Source of the DNA: an uncultured virus (IMG/VR IMGVR_UViG_3300035698_030196)
Lineage: Duplodnaviria; Heunggongvirae; Uroviricota; Caudoviricetes
IMG/VR virus record: IMGVR_UViG_3300035698_030196
Reading direction: 5' to 3' (one strand)
DNA length: 64,000 bases
How positions within the stretch are numbered: the first letter of the stretch is position 1; each line of letters begins with the position of its first letter. The position numbers and the translations under genes were made by a program. Positions 60,206-64,000 of this stretch are shown here, in pieces. Under the pieces are notes generated by a model that was given only the letters and a program-made list of their open reading frames with translations, was not told the origin of the DNA and searched no databases.

Positions 60206-61465
60206 ATGAGTTTATTTAAGTATGAAGATTTTATGTTAGAACAAACAATGTATGAACTTCTAAATGAATCGAAATTATATTTCTCAAGGAAATTAATACA
60301 ATTTCTAAATAAGATTAAAGATGATAAAGTTGCAAAACATTTACTTGCTCTTTATTCAAAAGATGTTGATAAATTGAAATTCAATTATGTTGATATTACT
60401 GATGACAAGGCAAGACTTTCTTTTATACCTGATGCTAAAGCACAGAAGATAATAAATGATAGACCTGAAATATATGAAACAATATCAAGTGGAAGAAATT
60501 TAACACATGGTCCAAAAAATGATAAGATATTTTTACAATTGGGTTATGAAAAACCAGACGGTGATCCATGGTCTCCAAGTGGTGGACAAAGTGGTTTAAT
60601 TCTAAATGAGGTTATTAGTAGCACCAGTGGTAAAACATTCGTTGTGTTTGAAGAAATAATAGATGATAAAGGAACCGGCGGTAAGAAAACTGTTATGAAT
60701 AAAGATAACTTACAACTTTCTGAAGAATATGCAGGTGAATTATATACTAAAAATAGAAATCCCATAAATGTTGGTAGAATAGCTAGAGCTATCTTAACAT
60801 CAGCAGAAGTTAAATTCGTAGAAAAAGATATTGAAGAATTTGTTAACAAGTATAAAGCTACATTTGATTTTATGCAGGATAAACTAAAACAATTTGATAT
60901 AGTTAAAGGTAATGCTATCGCACATTGGTATCAAGGTGATAATTATGTTGGAGATGGTGATGAAGGAACTTTAAGTAACTCATGTATGGCTTATTCCCCA
61001 TCAGATTTCTTTGATATTTACACAAGTAATAAACAAGTTAGTTTAGTTATTTTATATAGCGATGATGGAACTATCAAAGGTGATAAATATGAATCTGATA
61101 AAATTAAAGGTAGAGCAATATTATGGGATTGTAAAGTTGATGGTGTTGATGCAAAATTCTTAGATAGAATTTATACAAACCATGATTCAGATACAGAATT
61201 ATTTAAACAATTTGCAGAAAAGAATGAGTGGTTTTGTAAAAAAAGACAATCAATGACACCAAGTGAAACTATTTCAGATGGAAATGTTTCTAAATCTAGA
61301 TCAATGGTGGCAAAATTAGACTACACAAATTTTGACTATTATCCATATATGGACACTATGTGTTATATAACCTTAGGATCTAAAGAAGTTAGGAATGAAT
61401 CTTCAGGTTGTGATAGAATAGCAAGAGATACTGATGGTGATTATCACGATGATGATGACTATTAG
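60206..61465 (+). CDS. Leader-bearing SCM/GRA/DRIY/YPYxD domain protein (paralog of 22059..23891)
   Basis: MSLFKYEDF..LLNES; NSCMAY, KGRAILW, FLDRIYT, YYPYMDT. Confidence 0.75.
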   Translation: MSLFKYEDFMLEQTMYELLNESKLYFSRKLIQFLNKIKDDKVAKHLLALYSKDVDKLKFNYVDITDDKARLSFIPDAKAQKIINDRPEIYETISSGRNLTHGPKNDKIFLQLGYEKPDGDPWSPSGGQSGLILNEVISSTSGKTFVVFEEIIDDKGTGGKKTVMNKDNLQLSEEYAGELYTKNRNPINVGRIARAILTSAEVKFVEKDIEEFVNKYKATFDFMQDKLKQFDIVKGNAIAHWYQGDNYVGDGDEGTLSNSCMAYSPSDFFDIYTSNKQVSLVILYSDDGTIKGDKYESDKIKGRAILWDCKVDGVDAKFLDRIYTNHDSDTELFKQFAEKNEWFCKKRQSMTPSETISDGNVSKSRSMVAKLDYTNFDYYPYMDTMCYITLGSKEVRNESSGCDRIARDTDGDYHDDDDY

Positions 61466-61468
61466 AAT

Positions 61469-61502
61469 AAAAAAAACCAGTTTTATTAAAACTGGTTTTT
61501 TT
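61469..61502. terminator. Bidirectional intrinsic terminator
   Basis: AAAAAAACCAGTTTTA-t-TAAAACTGGTTTTTTT. Confidence 0.8.
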
Positions 61503-61531
61503 ATTTAATATAAGTGATTAAATATATATAT

Positions 61532-63418
61532 TTAATCAACTTCTTCGAAAGAAACATCTTCAGTACCATCATCTTCTTCAGGTGGCGTTTGCTGTTCTTC
61601 AGTAACAGATTCATTAGATTCTTGATATAGTTTAGTGCTAATCTTAGACCAAGTTTCATTTAATTTTTCAGCATGAACATCAATGTCTTCTAAATTTTCA
61701 GATTTATGTGCTTCTTTAAGATTTTCTAAATCGTTACCTAAATCTTTCTTATCATCATCTGTTAGTTTATCATCAAATTCTTTCATCTGTTTATCCGTTT
61801 GGAAAATAAGATTATCTGCCATATTCATCTTATCAACCTTCTCTTTCTCTATACGATCACTTTCGGCATTTTCTTCAGCATCTACTCTCATTCTATCAAC
61901 TTCTTCTTTAGATAATTGTGAACCACCTTCAATTCTAATTTGGTTTTCTTTACCAGTTGCTTTATCCTTAGCTGATACAGATAGAACACCGTTAGCATCA
62001 ATATCTAAAGATACTGTAATTTGTGGAACACCACGAGGTGCTGGCATTATTCCATCTAAATGGAATCTACCTAAATCTCTATTATCTCTAGCCATTGGTC
62101 TTTCACCTTGTAGAACATGTATTTCTACTGATGGTTGGTTGTCTGATGCAGTAGAGAATGTCTCTTCTTTTCTAGTAGGGATTGTAGTGTTAGCTTCAAT
62201 CAATCTAGTTAGTACACCACCCATAGTTTCGATTCCTAGAGAGATAGGAGTAACATCTAGCAACAATACATCAGTAATGTCTCCGGATAAAACAGCGCCT
62301 TGTATAGCTGCTCCCATAGCCACAACTTCATCCGGGTTAACTGATTTATTTGGTGCTTTACCAATGAATTGTTCCAAAGCTTCTTGTATTGCTACAATTC
62401 TGGTTGAACCACCAACTAAAATAACTTCATCGATATCAGATGTTTTTAGTTTAGCTTTTTTTAATGCTGATTTAGCAAAGTGTATTGTTCTATCAACTAA
62501 ATTAGAACTTAATTGTTCAAATTTTGCCCTTGATAGAGTCTTAACTAAATGCACTGGTCCTGCTTCACTAATAGTTAAATAAGGTAAATTTATTTCTGTT
62601 TGTGAAGAAGAAGATAATTCAATCTTAGCTTTCTCTGCGGCTTCTTTCAAACGTTGAATAGCACTTGGGTCTTTTGCTAAGGCAAACCCATTGTCTGTTT
62701 TAAATTCTGAAAGTAACCAATCGATAATAACATTATCAAAATCATCACCACCTAAGTGTGTATCACCATCAGTAGATTTAACTTCAAAAACACCATCACC
62801 TATTTCTAATATTGATACATCGTGTGTTCCACCACCACAATCAAATACTAGAATTTTTGAATCTGTGCCTTTTTTATCAAGCCCATAAGCCAATGCAGCT
62901 GCAGTAGGCTCGTTGATAATTCTTTCAACTTCTAAACCTGCAATTTTACCTGCTTCAATAGTTGCGGTTCTTTCTGCATCACCAAAATATGCAGGAACAG
63001 TAATAACTGCTTTTTTAACCTCTTTACCTAAGAAATCTTCCGCAGTTTTCTTCATCTTTTGTAAAATCATTGCAGATAATTCTTGTGGAGTATAATTCTT
63101 GTCACCAATTTTAACACTTGGGATATTATTACCACTATCTACAATTTTATAAGAAACTTTACTTGTCTCATCTTTGATGAAGGAAAAATCTTTACCTATA
63201 AATCTCTTTATAGATGAGATTGTTCTCTCTGGGTTTACAATAGATTGTCTTTTAGCACCATCACCAACTTTCCTATCTTCATCAGTGAATGCTATGATTG
63301 ATGGAGTTGTTCTACCTCCTTCTGAGTTAGCGATTACGATTGGTTCTCCACCTTCAACTACTGAAACACAACTCGTAGTGGTTCCAAGATCAATCCCTAT
63401 AATTACTTCTTTTTTCAT
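61532..63418 (-). CDS. dnaK: Chaperone DnaK (Hsp70)
   Basis: [50 protein letters not shown]. Confidence 0.97.
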   Translation of the reverse strand: MKKEVIIGIDLGTTTSCVSVVEGGEPIVIANSEGGRTTPSIIAFTDEDRKVGDGAKRQSIVNPERTISSIKRFIGKDFSFIKDETSKVSYKIVDSGNNIPSVKIGDKNYTPQELSAMILQKMKKTAEDFLGKEVKKAVITVPAYFGDAERTATIEAGKIAGLEVERIINEPTAAALAYGLDKKGTDSKILVFDCGGGTHDVSILEIGDGVFEVKSTDGDTHLGGDDFDNVIIDWLLSEFKTDNGFALAKDPSAIQRLKEAAEKAKIELSSSSQTEINLPYLTISEAGPVHLVKTLSRAKFEQLSSNLVDRTIHFAKSALKKAKLKTSDIDEVILVGGSTRIVAIQEALEQFIGKAPNKSVNPDEVVAMGAAIQGAVLSGDITDVLLLDVTPISLGIETMGGVLTRLIEANTTIPTRKEETFSTASDNQPSVEIHVLQGERPMARDNRDLGRFHLDGIMPAPRGVPQITVSLDIDANGVLSVSAKDKATGKENQIRIEGGSQLSKEEVDRMRVDAEENAESDRIEKEKVDKMNMADNLIFQTDKQMKEFDDKLTDDDKKDLGNDLENLKEAHKSENLEDIDVHAEKLNETWSKISTKLYQESNESVTEEQQTPPEEDDGTEDVSFEEVD

Positions 63419-63446
63419 ATTATATATTTATTTTAATTATTTATTA

Positions 63447-63485
63447 TCAAATACTGTACCAAAACAAAAACACGACATTTTGTCA
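63447..63485 (-). promoter_or_regulatory. Sigma-54-like -24/-12 element plus upstream inverted repeat before dnaK
   Basis: Minus strand: TGACAAAATGTCG, 11 nt, then TGGTAC-N5-TTGA. Confidence 0.5.
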
Positions 63486-63532
63486 TGTTCTGTATTTGTG
63501 ATATAAACTTATATAAAAATGTTTGATAAAGT

Positions 63533-63931
63533 TTAGGAGGTTAGAATGATAGTTAATACTTTTAACCTTATAGGTGAATTAATATACTCAATCATTGTAG
63601 ATAAATCAGTGAATATGTTTTTATAACATCTGTCAGGTATTACCGGTCCTTTTCCATCATCGATTGTGACATTTAATTTCACTAGTCCCTTTTCAAATAA
63701 AAAAGATTCACTTTTTGAAAAATCTATTAATCTTAAAACCTCATCTTCAATTTTATTCCAAGGAACTGGCTTCTTATCGGCATAATTAACTAATCTTACA
63801 ACTATTCTTTTACCAGATTTTTCTACTTTTGGGTTTAACCCAATATCTTTTAACGGCATTAAAATTTCATCAATTATATTAATAACATAATCAATGGATT
63901 CAAATATTTTATATTTACTTATATACTTCAT
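63533..63931 (-). CDS. Leader-bearing protein, distant ILLEL.D.G-family member
   Basis: MKYISKYKIFES; IDEILMPLKDIGL ... EVLRLIDF. Confidence 0.7.
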   Translation of the reverse strand: MKYISKYKIFESIDYVINIIDEILMPLKDIGLNPKVEKSGKRIVVRLVNYADKKPVPWNKIEDEVLRLIDFSKSESFLFEKGLVKLNVTIDDGKGPVIPDRCYKNIFTDLSTMIEYINSPIRLKVLTIILTS

Positions 63932-63932
63932 T

Positions 63933-63998
63933 TTACTTTTTTATTTTATTCAGATAAAGTTGTAAATATGCTATTCTTTTATCTCTATCAGTATTTAT
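63933..63998 (-). CDS. 3' end of a CDS truncated by the window edge
   Basis: Open minus-strand frame INTDRDKRIAYLQLYLNKIKK* ending just before the next ATG. Confidence 0.4.
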   Translation of the reverse strand: MNTDRDKRIAYLQLYLNKIKK

Positions 63999-64000
63999 TA

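Noticed and set aside
73..60849. Numerous short ORFs in the track nested antisense or out of frame within longer genes (e.g. 236-514, 3123-3527, 6730-7173, 14248-14661, 19389-19886, 52825-53274)
   Set aside because: Ser/Ile/Leu/Phe-rich composition typical of reverse-complement shadows of AT-rich coding sequence, and they overlap better-supported CDSs
61683..63506. Long plus-strand ORFs (299 aa and smaller) opposite dnaK
   Set aside because: Antisense shadows of a highly conserved gene; long antisense frames are common opposite hsp70 genes and show no independent start signals
1..64000. Stop-codon reassignment as in some gut megaphages
   Set aside because: Conserved genes (dnaK, gltX, dut, hup) are full length in the standard code, TAG ends genes such as dut at the expected place, and coding density is already high
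1..64000. Bacterial chromosome or eukaryotic giant-virus origin
   Set aside because: Housekeeping genes are isolated without operon partners and are mixed with baseplate/fibre genes and homing nucleases; HU, bacterial DnaK and intrinsic terminators argue against a eukaryotic virus. Capsid and terminase genes are not in this window, so the phage call remains an inference
1..64000. tRNA or rRNA genes
   Set aside because: Intergenic gaps are short and AT-rich, and no cloverleaf or T-loop (GTTCGA) context was recognised by eye; a tRNAscan run would be needed to exclude them fully

Overview
Very AT-rich (visually about three-quarters A+T), gene-dense window with frequent strand switches and no Shine-Dalgarno sites. 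It is best read as part of a jumbo/huge tailed-phage genome with a Bacteroidota host. Supporting evidence: a T4 gp6-like baseplate wedge, tail-fibre/collagen-like genes, dUTPase, guanylate kinase, six free-standing homing-endonuclease-like genes, a lone tnpB, and isolated host-like genes (gltX, CCA-adding enzyme, dnaK, HU, Hc1-like, Skp, DUF151) outside any operon context. The most striking unexplained pattern: about 22 otherwise unrelated ORFs, including GluRS, the CCA-adding enzyme, a peptidase and LRR proteins, start with a shared 10-20 aa leader (M-K-Y/W-L/I-K-x-F/Y-x-x-F...[I/L/F]-x-E-S). It resembles the T4 internal-protein capsid-targeting sequence, and these genes or their operon heads sit behind a conserved TAATATATA motif. 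This suggests a large virion-packaged cargo system that includes tRNA repair and charging enzymes. A second promoter class (Bacteroidota TAnnTTTG) and a second, C-terminal peptide motif (RDxKIxxI) mark different gene sets. No tRNA, rRNA or CRISPR array was recognised. All calls come from visual motif recognition; no database searches were run.
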